DNA of 64,000 bases from Nitrospiraceae bacterium (lineage in GTDB: Bacteria > Nitrospirota > Thermodesulfovibrionia > UBA6902): contig QZKO01000045.1 of the NCBI GenBank assembly GCA_003599505.1, positions 2,535 to 66,534 of the forward strand. The letters are read 5' to 3'. Position 1 is the stretch's first letter; the number at the start of each line of letters is the position of its first letter. Positions 1 to 10,169 of this stretch are shown piece by piece. Both the position numbers and the translations under genes were made by a program. A model generated the notes under the pieces. It was not told the origin of the DNA, ran no database searches, and saw only the letters and a program-made list of their open reading frames with translations.

Positions 1-2
1 CG

Positions 3-101
3 CATGGGACCTGCATAAATCTCCCGAGCAGCGTCAATATAAAACGGGAAGACCTGGAATATGTTGCGCATTGCATTAAGAACTATTTTCACGGGACATG
101 A
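3..101 (+). CDS. 3' end of DegT/LegC-family sugar aminotransferase (partial)
   Basis: Frame 3 reads HGTCINLPSSVNIKREDLEYVAHCIKNYFHGT*; INLPSS is the typical DegT/LegC C-terminus; TGA overlaps the next ATG. Confidence 0.7.
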   Translation, partial: HGTCINLPSSVNIKREDLEYVAHCIKNYFHGT

Positions 102-736
102 GAAACAAGAAAGAGAAAATCATATTGCTCGGCGGCGGCGGACACTCGAAGGTCCTGATAGAACTTATCAGGCTGGACAACAAATACAGGATTGCGGGGA
201 TATTGGATCCGAACCTCAGGATCGGGGACAATATCGCGGACATACCTGTAATCGGCGGCGATGATCTACTGCCCGCCCTTTATGGCAAGGGAGTCAGGAA
301 CGCCTGCATCGCGGTCGGCAGCGTTAAGGACAATTCCGCAAGAAACTCTTTATATAAGACAGCGAAAAGCGCAGGTTTTATTGTCCCGCCGCTGATTCAT
401 CCACGCGCGGTTGTTTCAGGTATGTCGGAAATTTCCGAAGGGGTGCAGGTCATGGCGAACGCGGTTGTTCAGCCGGGCTGTTTTATCGGTGAGAATACCA
501 TTATCAATACAGGGGCCGTTCTGGAACATGATTGCCGTGTCGGGGAGCATGCGCATATAAGTTCCGGCTCGGTTGTTTCAGGCGGATGTCATATTGGAGA
601 AGGTTCTTTTATCGGCTCTGGCTCTGCCGTTATTCAGGGAATCCATATAGGGAAAAACGCGGTTGTCGCCGCCGGAGCCGCGGTTGTAAACAACGTTCCG
701 GACAACGCGCTTGTAAAGGGAGTGCCGGCGAAATGA
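98..736 (+). CDS. neuD: NeuD/PglD/LegH-family sugar acetyltransferase
   Basis: GGGGHSKV N-terminus, hexapeptide repeats, EHDC motif, KGVPAK end. Confidence 0.9.
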   Translation: MRNKKEKIILLGGGGHSKVLIELIRLDNKYRIAGILDPNLRIGDNIADIPVIGGDDLLPALYGKGVRNACIAVGSVKDNSARNSLYKTAKSAGFIVPPLIHPRAVVSGMSEISEGVQVMANAVVQPGCFIGENTIINTGAVLEHDCRVGEHAHISSGSVVSGGCHIGEGSFIGSGSAVIQGIHIGKNAVVAAGAAVVNNVPDNALVKGVPAK

Positions 737-1761
737 AGACGTTCATCATCGCTGAGGCCGGAATAAATCATAACGGCAGCGTGAAAATCGCCAAAGAGCT
801 CGTTGACGCCGCCGCTGAAGCCGGCGCCGACGCGGTAAAGTTCCAGACGTTTAAGGCGGAAGAACTGGCGGCAAAGACAGCGGTAATGGCGGATTACCAG
901 ATAAAAAACACCGGCATGAAAAAATCCCAGTACGAGATGCTCAGAGAACTGGAGCTGCCGGAAGCCGCCCACAGGGAGCTTTTTACCTACTGCGGGAAGA
1001 AAAAGATTATGTTTATGTCCACGCCGTTTGATGTGGCAAGCGCGGACTTCCTTGGCAAACTGGGGATGGAGATTTTCAAAATCCCTTCCGGCGAGATAAC
1101 CAATAAGCCGTTGATTCAGCGCATTGCCGGAAAGAAAAAGCCCCTCATCCTTTCAACCGGCATGTCTTATTTAGGAGAGGTCGAAAAGGCGATCAGATGG
1201 ATAAACGAAGCCCGGGGTCATGCTCGTAAAAGCCCTCTGTTAACGCTGCTTCATTGTGTCTCAAATTATCCCGCTGTTGCCGACGATGTAAATTTGTTGG
1301 CTATTAAAACGATGAAGAATGCCTTCGGATTACCCGTCGGTTATTCGGATCATACAATGGGGACAGAGGTGCCTATCGCCGCCGCGGCAATCGGGGCTAC
1401 TGTAATAGAAAAACATTTTACCCTTGATAGAACTATGGAAGGGCCCGACCACAAGGCGTCCCTGGAACCTCATGAATTAGGGAAGATGGTCGCGGCAATC
1501 AGGACAGTTGAGCGCGCAATGGGAGATGGGATAAAGAGGCCGGTTGCGAGCGAGCAGTCCGTCAGTCTCCTTGCCAGGAGAAGCCTCGTCGCCGCCAGAC
1601 AGATAGAAGCAGGTTCAACAATAAATCCGGATGATATTGCTGTTAAGAGACCGGGAAACGGAATCCTCCCTGAATTCCAGGAAGTCATCGTCGGCATGAA
1701 GGTCAGGAGACGGATCGAAAAAGATTCGGTCATAATGTGGGGAAATCTGAAAGATGCGTAA
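733..1761 (+). CDS. neuB: Nonulosonic acid synthase (NeuB/LegI); start moved to ATG 733
   Basis: FIIAEAGINHNG, KFQTF, GYSDHT, IEKHFTLD motifs and SAF C-terminus; ATGA overlap with neuD. Confidence 0.95.
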   Translation: MKTFIIAEAGINHNGSVKIAKELVDAAAEAGADAVKFQTFKAEELAAKTAVMADYQIKNTGMKKSQYEMLRELELPEAAHRELFTYCGKKKIMFMSTPFDVASADFLGKLGMEIFKIPSGEITNKPLIQRIAGKKKPLILSTGMSYLGEVEKAIRWINEARGHARKSPLLTLLHCVSNYPAVADDVNLLAIKTMKNAFGLPVGYSDHTMGTEVPIAAAAIGATVIEKHFTLDRTMEGPDHKASLEPHELGKMVAAIRTVERAMGDGIKRPVASEQSVSLLARRSLVAARQIEAGSTINPDDIAVKRPGNGILPEFQEVIVGMKVRRRIEKDSVIMWGNLKDA

Positions 1762-2926
1762 TATAGCAGTTGTTACAGGCACGAGGGCCGATTATGGCCT
1801 GCTTTACCATATTATAAAGGGCATATATGAAGATCCTGATCTCGGACTGTCTCTTGTTGTGACCTCGATGCATCTTTCGCCTGAGTTCGGCATGACGGTA
1901 AAGGACATCGAAAGAGACGGCTTCCCTGTAGCGGAAAAGATCGACATGCTCCTGTCCTCTGATACACGGGAAGCTATTGCAGCTTCAATGGGATTGGGCA
2001 TGATCGGCTTTGCAAAGGCATATGCGCGATTGAAACCCGATATACTTGTGCTGCTCGGAGACCGCTTTGAAATCCACGCCGCCGCAAGCGCCGCGGTGCC
2101 TTTCGGGATCCCTGTTGCTCATATACACGGCGGAGAGCTGACCAAGGGCTCAATGGACGAGCTTTTCCGGCACTCTATAACCAAGATGAGTCATCTCCAT
2201 TTTGTCTCAACGGAAAAATATGCTTCAAGGATAAGACAAATGGGCGAACGGCCTGAAAACGTCTTTGTTACGGGAGCGCCCGGACTGGACAACATCATAA
2301 AACTGAAATTATTTAACAGGGCGAGGGCCTCTGAAGAGATAGGTATTCCCGTGGACAAAGAATGGGGTGTTGTAACTTATCACCCTGAAACGCTGGAGAG
2401 GGAAAACTCTTCCGTGGTCCAAATAAAAGAAATTCTTAACGCCCTGGACGAATTCCCCTTGATACACTGGATTTTTACCTTTCCCAATGCCGATACGGAC
2501 AGCCGGGCGATTGTACGTAATATCGAGGCATATGTCCGCCAGAGAAAAGGGAACTCCTCGGTTTTTATTTCGCTCGGACAGCTCAAGTATCTGTCGCTTC
2601 TGAAAAACGCCTCTGTCATGGCCGGCAATTCATCATCAGGCATTATCGAGGCGCCTTCATTTAAGTTACCCGTTGTAAATATCGGGAGCAGGCAGGACGG
2701 AAGAATACGGGCAAGGAATGTTATAGACGTTCCGGTCTGCAAAAAAAATAATATAATAAACGCCGTCAGGAAATCCCTTTCAAAAGATTTCAGGGACTCA
2801 CTGAAAGGGCTTAAGAACCCATATGGCAATGGTCATGCAAGCTCAAGGATTGTAAAAATTCTGAAAAGAATACCGCTTTCCCGGTTACAGAAGAATTTTT
2901 ATGATTTAAAGACAGGCAGGATTTAA
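1754..2926 (+). CDS. neuC: Hydrolysing NDP-GlcNAc/bacillosamine 2-epimerase (NeuC/LegG)
   Basis: VTGTRADYG, LGDRFE, HIHGGE, GNSSSGIIEAP. Confidence 0.95.
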   Translation: MRNIAVVTGTRADYGLLYHIIKGIYEDPDLGLSLVVTSMHLSPEFGMTVKDIERDGFPVAEKIDMLLSSDTREAIAASMGLGMIGFAKAYARLKPDILVLLGDRFEIHAAASAAVPFGIPVAHIHGGELTKGSMDELFRHSITKMSHLHFVSTEKYASRIRQMGERPENVFVTGAPGLDNIIKLKLFNRARASEEIGIPVDKEWGVVTYHPETLERENSSVVQIKEILNALDEFPLIHWIFTFPNADTDSRAIVRNIEAYVRQRKGNSSVFISLGQLKYLSLLKNASVMAGNSSSGIIEAPSFKLPVVNIGSRQDGRIRARNVIDVPVCKKNNIINAVRKSLSKDFRDSLKGLKNPYGNGHASSRIVKILKRIPLSRLQKNFYDLKTGRI

Positions 2927-2927
2927 T

Positions 2928-4022
2928 ATGGAAAAGGGCAAAATAAAACTTTTATGCACGCCGCCTGATACAAGCATTAAAAATGCAATCAGGACGCTCA
3001 ATGAAACCGGCGGCAAGATCCTTTTTGTGACGGACGCCGAAGACGCGCTGCTCGGCACCATGACGGACGGAGATATCAGGAGGGGCATTATCAACGGAAT
3101 GCAGCTTACCGATGGGGTCTCCGGAATAATGAACACAAAATTCTTTTCTATCAGGGCACAGGGGCCGGACAGTCTCCGCGAGGCAGGGCAGCTCATGCAG
3201 AAGCACTTAATCAGCCATATACCCGTCCTTGACGATAACAGGAGGATTATTGATGTCATTTCCTGGCTTGACTGTCTGAATCCGGAGACCGAACCCCCGC
3301 ATAAGGCCCGGGATAAATTCAGGAACACTGTCGTAATAATGGCAGGCGGCAAGGGGACGCGGCTGGACCCGTTCACAAAGATACTGCCTAAGCCTCTTGT
3401 GCCGATCAGGGACAAACCGGTTATTGAGCATATAATGGACAGGTTTTTTATAAACGGTTTTTCAAAGTTCATTCTTGTAATAAACTACAAAAAGGAGATG
3501 ATAAAGTCATATTTCAGCGAAAGTAAATTGCCGTATGAAATAGAGTTTGTCGAAGAGCAGGATTACTGCGGGACCGCCGGCGGGATATCATTATTGAAAA
3601 ATAAAATTGAAGGCGCGTTTATAGTTACGAACTGCGATACATTCCTTGAAGGGGAATATTCGGACTTTATCAACTGGCATGAAAATCACAATAATTTCCT
3701 GACAATAATCGGCTCCCATAAGGAGATCGAGGTGCCTTACGGCGTGCTCCGCATGAACAACGGCTCACTGCTTGAAATAAATGAAAAGCCCAGGATTGAC
3801 CTCTTCATAAATACCGGCACGTATATCTTTGAACCAGACCTGTTTGACTTTATAAAGGAAAACGAACGCATTGATATGGACAAGCTGATCGAACGGGTCA
3901 AGACGGAGCATGGCGACCGCGTCGGCGTTTACCCTCATTGGGGCGGCTGGTTCGATCTGGGACAGTGGGATGAATATAAACGGAGCCTGAAAAAAATCGG
4001 AGAGTATCCGGATGAATTATAG
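2928..4022 (+). CDS. CBS-domain nucleotidyltransferase (PtmE/LgaF-like)
   Basis: N-terminal CBS pair (TDGDIRRG) plus MAGGKGTRL..PKPL NTP-transferase motif. Confidence 0.9.
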   Translation: MEKGKIKLLCTPPDTSIKNAIRTLNETGGKILFVTDAEDALLGTMTDGDIRRGIINGMQLTDGVSGIMNTKFFSIRAQGPDSLREAGQLMQKHLISHIPVLDDNRRIIDVISWLDCLNPETEPPHKARDKFRNTVVIMAGGKGTRLDPFTKILPKPLVPIRDKPVIEHIMDRFFINGFSKFILVINYKKEMIKSYFSESKLPYEIEFVEEQDYCGTAGGISLLKNKIEGAFIVTNCDTFLEGEYSDFINWHENHNNFLTIIGSHKEIEVPYGVLRMNNGSLLEINEKPRIDLFINTGTYIFEPDLFDFIKENERIDMDKLIERVKTEHGDRVGVYPHWGGWFDLGQWDEYKRSLKKIGEYPDEL

Positions 4023-4782
4023 GGACCTCTTCTCTTGTGAAAACAAAGTGGCAGTGGTCACCGGCGGCGCCGGTCTTATCGGCAGGGAAATTGCCCTCGG
4101 CCTGTATAATTTCGGGGCAGAAGTCTATGTCGCCGACATAAACAGGGCAAATGCTGAAGGGATACTGAATGAAAAAACAGGATTTCTCCAACTTGATATA
4201 ACGTCGGAAGACGGCATAAACAGAGCTTTCTCTCAGGCAATCAGGGAAAAGGGCAGAATAGACATCGTGGTAAACTGCGCATATCCGCGGACAGAGGACT
4301 GGGGCGAGAAATTCGAGAACATAAAATTCACCTCATGGAAAGACAACGTCAATAACCACCTCGGGGGTATATTCCTTTGCTGCCGCTCCGCCGCGGAGCA
4401 GATGAAAAAGCAGGGAGGCGGGGTCATTATAAACCTGGCGTCGATATACGGCATCAGCGCGCCTGACTTTTCAATCTATGAAGGCACCGACATGACCATG
4501 CCCGCCGCTTACTCGGCAATAAAAGGCGGGATAATAACACTGACAAAATATATTGCCGCCTATTACGGGAGGCACAACGTACGGGCGAATGCAATCTCAC
4601 CCGGTGGGATTTATGACAGGCAGCCCGAAGCCTTTGTCAAGAAATATTCTGCAAAAACCCCCCTCGGCAGAATGGGAGCGCCTCAGGAAATTGTCGGCGC
4701 TGTGATCTATCTCGCCTCTGAAGCTTCGTCCTATGTGACAGGTGAAAATCTTCTGATTGACGGCGGATGGACCGCCTGGTAA
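4012..4782 (+). CDS. SDR oxidoreductase (PtmA/ElaC-like)
   Basis: TGGAGLIG, NCAYPR, YSAIK, ISPGGI. Confidence 0.88.
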   Translation: MNYRDLFSCENKVAVVTGGAGLIGREIALGLYNFGAEVYVADINRANAEGILNEKTGFLQLDITSEDGINRAFSQAIREKGRIDIVVNCAYPRTEDWGEKFENIKFTSWKDNVNNHLGGIFLCCRSAAEQMKKQGGGVIINLASIYGISAPDFSIYEGTDMTMPAAYSAIKGGIITLTKYIAAYYGRHNVRANAISPGGIYDRQPEAFVKKYSAKTPLGRMGAPQEIVGAVIYLASEASSYVTGENLLIDGGWTAW

Positions 4783-4809
4783 GAAACCGTCAGGAAATAT
4801 AATAGACAC

Positions 4810-5751
4810 ATGAAAGTGCTGGTTGCAGGCTGCGGCTCCATCGGGCAAAGACATGTCGGGAATCTTATTGATTCGGACAGAATTCACGAAATAATCCTCT
4901 ATACGCAAAACAGAGACTGCGTCAAAGAACTGGATGACAAAGGGAAAATATGCTTCACCCCTTCTCTTGACGGGGTCACAGCCGATTTCGCTGTTGTTGC
5001 CAACGAGACCTGTAAACATATTGATACGGCCATTCAATTGGCTGAAAAAGGCCTTCATTTGTTCATTGAAAAACCGCTGTCGCATAATTTTGACGGAATT
5101 GATGCGTTAAGAGAGGCCGTTGAAAAAAAGGGCATAAAGACATTCGTCGGTTACAACTTGAGGTTTCTTAAGGCAATGGAATATATAAAAGAGCGGCTTT
5201 CAGGAGGCATTCTCGGTAATCTGTACTTTGTCAAAATAGAAGTAGGGCAGTATCTGCCTTTCTGGAGAAAAAACCGGGATTACAGGGAATCGTACAGTTC
5301 AAGCGCTGAACGCGGCGGGGGAGTTGCACTCGATTTGTCACACGAACTTGACTATATGCGCTATCTTTTCGGCGACCCGCTCAGATGGAAGGTTTTCCGC
5401 ACAAGGACCGGCGAGCTCGACATAGATGCCGAGGACATGTTTGAAGGCCTTTATCTTTATGAGGAAAAATTCATCTGTAATGTGCATATGGATTATCTGC
5501 AAAAAGATGCGACCCGCACTCTCAGGATTAAAGGCAGTAAGGGCGAGCTTTTTTGCGATTTCCTAATGGGAGAGCTGACGGTTTCCGCTGGAAATGCAAG
5601 GACTGTCATAAAAGACGCTTTTATATTTGATATTAATAAAACATACCGTGACGAGATGGACCATTTCATGGATATTGTTGAAAAAGGCACGGAGCCGGCT
5701 GTCACCCTTGAAGACGGGATAGCCGTATTGAAACTGATAAAGGACAGTTAA
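4810..5751 (+). CDS. Gfo/Idh/MocA oxidoreductase (PtmF/ElaA-like)
   Basis: GCGSIG, IEKP, GGGVALDLSHELD. Confidence 0.88.
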   Translation: MKVLVAGCGSIGQRHVGNLIDSDRIHEIILYTQNRDCVKELDDKGKICFTPSLDGVTADFAVVANETCKHIDTAIQLAEKGLHLFIEKPLSHNFDGIDALREAVEKKGIKTFVGYNLRFLKAMEYIKERLSGGILGNLYFVKIEVGQYLPFWRKNRDYRESYSSSAERGGGVALDLSHELDYMRYLFGDPLRWKVFRTRTGELDIDAEDMFEGLYLYEEKFICNVHMDYLQKDATRTLRIKGSKGELFCDFLMGELTVSAGNARTVIKDAFIFDINKTYRDEMDHFMDIVEKGTEPAVTLEDGIAVLKLIKDS

Positions 5752-5786
5752 CGTGTGCATTCCTTCAGAGCAATCCGGGGTTTCCC

Positions 5787-6494
5787 ATGTATAACAATAA
5801 TGTAATACTGTGCGTTATTCCAGCCAGAGGAGGTTCAAAGGGTCTTCCGGGAAAAAACACGAAACACCTCCTGGGGAAACCCCTTATCGGCTATACGATT
5901 GAGCAGGCGCGGCAGTCAAAGTATATTGACCGTATCATCGTCTCTACTGAAGACCCCCTGATAGCAGAAGTCGCAAAAAAGTTCACTGCTGAAACGCCGT
6001 TTATTCGGCCCAGGGAGCTTGCGGAAGACAACAGCAGCACGCTTGATGTGCTTGTCCATGCAATCAGGTGGATGGAGGAGAGGGAAAACTACAGGTTTGA
6101 TATCCTGGTGCTCCTGCACGTAACGACTCCTCTCAGATATCCTGAAGACATTGACAATTGCATTTCCCTCCTTGTAGATGAAAAAGCTGATAATGTTTTT
6201 TCGGTAACTGAAGCCCAAAGGAACCCTTATTTCAACATGGTGGAAATCAGCGGTAATAATGAAGTAACGCTTGTAAAAAAAGGGGTCTTCGCCACAAGAC
6301 AATCTGCCCCTGAGGTCTATGACATGAACTCCTCGATATATGTCTGGTGGAAGGATACATTCAAGGCGGAAAAAGGACTCTTCCTCAAGAAGACCAGAAT
6401 ATATACAATGCCAAGGGAAAGATCCATCGACATAGACGGGCCTCTGGACTTCAGGATCGCCGAGATGCTGCTGCAGGATAAGCAACTATCTTAA
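5787..6494 (+). CDS. neuA: CMP-nonulosonate synthetase (NeuA/LegF)
   Basis: IPARGGSKGLPGKN, TRQ, SIDID. Confidence 0.93.
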   Translation: MYNNNVILCVIPARGGSKGLPGKNTKHLLGKPLIGYTIEQARQSKYIDRIIVSTEDPLIAEVAKKFTAETPFIRPRELAEDNSSTLDVLVHAIRWMEERENYRFDILVLLHVTTPLRYPEDIDNCISLLVDEKADNVFSVTEAQRNPYFNMVEISGNNEVTLVKKGVFATRQSAPEVYDMNSSIYVWWKDTFKAEKGLFLKKTRIYTMPRERSIDIDGPLDFRIAEMLLQDKQLS

Positions 6495-6520
6495 AGCCCG
6501 ATGTTCTTCGCTAATTCCTT

Positions 6521-8011
6521 ATGTTAAGGAAAAAGATATTTATTAACACGGCTGTAAACTCGGGAGGGAAGCTTTTGTCCTTTGCCCTCCAGATATTCAT
6601 TATGACATACCTGATAAAAGTCCTCGGGAAAGACTCTTACGGGGTAGTCGTGCTCGCCCTTGCCCTTGTCGCCAATACCAATATCCTTGAGGCCGGCTTC
6701 GGCCTGTCCGTCACGAAATATGTTGCAGAGTACAAGGCCAGGGGCGACTGGCCGAGGCTTCTTCAGACAATAAACACAAACCTTGTCATCTCCACAATAA
6801 TGGGAATTGTAATGTGTTCCATACTTACGCTTATAAATGAAGTCTTCCTTGAAAAAATATTTACCATTCCGTCAGAGCTTGTTCCCGGCGCAAAAAACAT
6901 GATCAGGGCGCTGATACTGCTTTCAGTCGTCGAATTCTGGTCAGTCAGCCTGATACGTGTTGCAGAGGGGCTTCAGAAGTTTGCTCTGGCCAGGTCTATG
7001 GAGCTTGTCAAATGGTTTCTCAGGGCGGTATTTGTTTTAATAGCGGTCTATGCCGGGTACGGATTAGCAGGAATAGGCGCGGCCTATCTGGCCGCCGGCA
7101 TTCTGAGCCTTGTCGTCGTCTATATAAAGGTCATTATGCAAGACCCGGAGCTCAGGTTATCCATATCGCTCAGCAGCAAGGAATCCTTCAAACAGCTCTT
7201 CGGCTTCAGCATCTGGATATTCCTGTCAAAAGCGTTCGCGTTCATTTCATACAAAATCGATACAATAGTTATCGCCATATTCCTCCCGCCGGCAAACCTT
7301 GCCTACTACAGCATAGCTTTCAAGGTATACGAGATTCTAAGTTACGGCATCAACCTGATATCATATGCGATCATGCCAGTGACTTCTGAACTTCAAGCCG
7401 CAGATAATCGGACTAAATTAAGACTGCTGTTTCACAAGTCTTCCAGGTATACATTGATGTTTATGTTTCCCATTTTGGCCTTTTCTTTTTTATACGTGTT
7501 TCAGGTAATAGAATTCTGGGTTGGAGAAGACTTCGGCATTTCTGTAATGTTGGCCCAAATGTTTATCATTTCCCTGTTCTTCGTAGCTCTTTCTTCAAGC
7601 GGGGCAGTTATGATGATAGGACTTAACAGGGTAAAAGAACTTGTCGTTTATGCCGGCGCGGGCTCCTTAGTAAATCTGACAGTCAGTATTGTAATGGTAA
7701 AAGAAATAGGAGTAAAGGGGGTTCTGGTCGGGACCCTGGTCGGGTCGGTCATAATTGCTTCCGGATATTTATACAGGATGCTGAGATTGTTTGAATATCC
7801 CTTCCTGCTTTTCCTGAAAGACATTCTCGGCTGGCCGTTGACAGGAGCAGCAATACTCGGGAGCGTCCTGTCCGCGCTGCCCGGTAATTTTTACATCGGG
7901 GTATCAGTGACTCTCATTTATATGGCACTGTCTGTTCTCTTATTTTCCGACAGGGATGACATCCGGGCCATAATGAACCGAAGGGACCGGGACATTAAGT
8001 TTTCATCATGA
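6521..8011 (+). CDS. Wzx-type polysaccharide flippase
   Basis: 496 aa with many TM segments; position in glycan locus. Confidence 0.85.
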   Translation: MLRKKIFINTAVNSGGKLLSFALQIFIMTYLIKVLGKDSYGVVVLALALVANTNILEAGFGLSVTKYVAEYKARGDWPRLLQTINTNLVISTIMGIVMCSILTLINEVFLEKIFTIPSELVPGAKNMIRALILLSVVEFWSVSLIRVAEGLQKFALARSMELVKWFLRAVFVLIAVYAGYGLAGIGAAYLAAGILSLVVVYIKVIMQDPELRLSISLSSKESFKQLFGFSIWIFLSKAFAFISYKIDTIVIAIFLPPANLAYYSIAFKVYEILSYGINLISYAIMPVTSELQAADNRTKLRLLFHKSSRYTLMFMFPILAFSFLYVFQVIEFWVGEDFGISVMLAQMFIISLFFVALSSSGAVMMIGLNRVKELVVYAGAGSLVNLTVSIVMVKEIGVKGVLVGTLVGSVIIASGYLYRMLRLFEYPFLLFLKDILGWPLTGAAILGSVLSALPGNFYIGVSVTLIYMALSVLLFSDRDDIRAIMNRRDRDIKFSS

Positions 8012-8733
8012 ATACTTCTTTAAACAAATTAAAATGGAAGATCAAGGTCTCAGTATACAATCAGAATATACTCAACTTGATTAGAGTGACTAAATATTTT
8101 TGCCTGGTAAATGAGTCGTCAAGATTACTGGATATCGGATGCAATGATGCCGTCTATACAAAGAAATACTGTGACAGCTTCGGAATTGATTTTGAGAATG
8201 CCTGCGGTATCGACTACAATGAGGAAAACATAACAGCTCTACCGAGAGACAGATTTTACTATCACGATATAGACTTACTGCGTCCGCTGCCATACGGGGA
8301 CAGACTGTTCGACCTGGTCATAATGAATCAGGTGCTGGAGCATGCAAAGAATATCTCGCATATCATTGCGGAAATCAACAGGGTTTCCCGAAAAGGTTCG
8401 ACATTCGTTTTATCGGTTCCCAATCTTGCAGCTTTGCACAGCAGATTGCTGCTCCTGGCAGGGAAAATGCCGTTAGCTATCCAGGGCATGGATGCCCATG
8501 TAAGGGGATTTACAATAAACTCACTTAAAAAATATGTGTCCAACTACGGTTTCCAGTATACCGGGTGCACAGGCAGCGGATTATATCCTTTTACGGGAAG
8601 TCTTACCGGGTATATCGGACGACTATTCCCTCAGTTCTCAGTATTCATTACTCTGGTTTTTAAAAAAACCGATGATTACGATTTGTCCAAATTGCGGACC
8701 AAACATTTTCACGAAACTAAAGTTGACTTTTAA
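8008..8733 (+). CDS. Class I SAM-dependent methyltransferase
   Basis: LLDIGC, FDLVIMNQVLEH, LSVPN. Confidence 0.85.
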   Translation: MNTSLNKLKWKIKVSVYNQNILNLIRVTKYFCLVNESSRLLDIGCNDAVYTKKYCDSFGIDFENACGIDYNEENITALPRDRFYYHDIDLLRPLPYGDRLFDLVIMNQVLEHAKNISHIIAEINRVSRKGSTFVLSVPNLAALHSRLLLLAGKMPLAIQGMDAHVRGFTINSLKKYVSNYGFQYTGCTGSGLYPFTGSLTGYIGRLFPQFSVFITLVFKKTDDYDLSKLRTKHFHETKVDF

Positions 8734-8761
8734 TAAATCTGCCGGGACGTACGTCACTGAT

Positions 8762-10168
8762 ATGCTTTTATCAGCCCTTAATTACAAGAACTTATTTAAG
8801 GCATTTTTACTCTTTGCCATTCTTTATAACGGATACAGATACTTCTATTTCCCATGGGATAAAGGAGGCCAGGCGCCCTCTATGCCCTTATATTTCTCCA
8901 TATTAAAGGACGCGCCCTGGGCCATTATCGTTTTCCTTGGTCTTGGCGGATTATATTGCAACAGAAAAAATCCTGCGGGACCACTGTACCGGAAATGGGA
9001 AAAATATGACTATTGGACGCTTTTTTTTATAATTGCCCATATTATTCTGCTTTCTGTTGCTGTCGCGCATCTTTCCCATAAAAACCCGATCGATGTTTTT
9101 CAACGGGATATCAAAAATGTCCAGTACGTTTTTTTGCCGTTAATATTCCCGCTCATCATCAAAAGTGAACATGATATTATTAAACACCTGGACTGGTTGA
9201 CAATAATCGGGGTTTCCGTGTCCCTGTTTGGATATTATACCCACCTGTTTGTCCCGGCATTTACCCTGGAAAACGCAGTACTGTCAACCCTCCAGTCTCC
9301 AATTTGCTTCGGCACCTTCGCGGTAATATTGTTTATGATAGCATTGCCCCGCGTACTTGAAAGCGAAGTTTCAGCATACTGGTACTCGGCTTTGTGTTTA
9401 TTCTATGGCAGCATCCTGCTATCGGCATCCGCTGCAGCGCTCCTGAGCATGATAGTCGGAACACTTTTTGTATTGTTTATTTCAAGACCTCGTTTGTCCA
9501 GCTTAAAGCGGGTCTGTGTCCTTATGATTATTTCGAGCCTCATATTTTACGGCCTCGGTTTTTTCAACAAGCTTACGGGCAAGGTGAACAATTCCGTTTC
9601 TTCCTATACCTCTCTTAATGGGATTAAGTCCTATGAAGAGGTAAACATAAAACCTGCCGGGAAGCCCTCTTTTTCGTGGGACTTTCTCAAGATACCTTAC
9701 AATCCCATTTCAGACAATACATACCGTTTCACAACTCAATATACCAGTATTGCTGCCAGGAAAGTATATTTCGAGGAAATTACAAAGTATCTGAAGACAG
9801 CCTCAGTAAAGAATATTTTGTGGGGAGATTTCTCTCTGAAAAACCATTTTGAGTATGATAATGTATATTTCTATTTCATAAAAAATGATGGTATAATTGT
9901 TACGGCCTTGATATTATCACTTCTAAGCGGTGGTATTTTTACCGGCTTTAAAAAATTCAAAAAGTTAAAAAAATCGGGCAGGACCAAAATGGCCGGCATA
10001 TCGTTGGGTGTTACCGCGGCATTGTTTATTTTAACTGTTATCCAGTTTAACCTTTCCTATTTTTTTACTATTTATCCTCTCAATTTTCTGACATATTTTC
10101 TTCTGGTTTTAATTGCTTTCATCAATCCTTCGGATGAGAGCAACATGCAATCAGATCAGGTGCAGTGA
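8762..10168 (+). CDS. Polytopic membrane protein, probable Wzy polymerase / O-antigen ligase-like; start moved to ATG 8762
   Basis: About 10 hydrophobic segments with a large loop, AT-rich, in a wzx cluster; start 8534 would overlap the upstream gene. Confidence 0.6.
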   Translation: MLLSALNYKNLFKAFLLFAILYNGYRYFYFPWDKGGQAPSMPLYFSILKDAPWAIIVFLGLGGLYCNRKNPAGPLYRKWEKYDYWTLFFIIAHIILLSVAVAHLSHKNPIDVFQRDIKNVQYVFLPLIFPLIIKSEHDIIKHLDWLTIIGVSVSLFGYYTHLFVPAFTLENAVLSTLQSPICFGTFAVILFMIALPRVLESEVSAYWYSALCLFYGSILLSASAAALLSMIVGTLFVLFISRPRLSSLKRVCVLMIISSLIFYGLGFFNKLTGKVNNSVSSYTSLNGIKSYEEVNIKPAGKPSFSWDFLKIPYNPISDNTYRFTTQYTSIAARKVYFEEITKYLKTASVKNILWGDFSLKNHFEYDNVYFYFIKNDGIIVTALILSLLSGGIFTGFKKFKKLKKSGRTKMAGISLGVTAALFILTVIQFNLSYFFTIYPLNFLTYFLLVLIAFINPSDESNMQSDQVQ

Positions 10169-10169
10169 T

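Noticed and set aside
532..732. N-terminal extension of the NeuB ORF
   Set aside because: Overlaps neuD; the family-typical start MKTFIIAEAG is at 733
8534..8761. N-terminal extension of the Wzy-like ORF
   Set aside because: Overlaps the methyltransferase; ATG 8762 fits better
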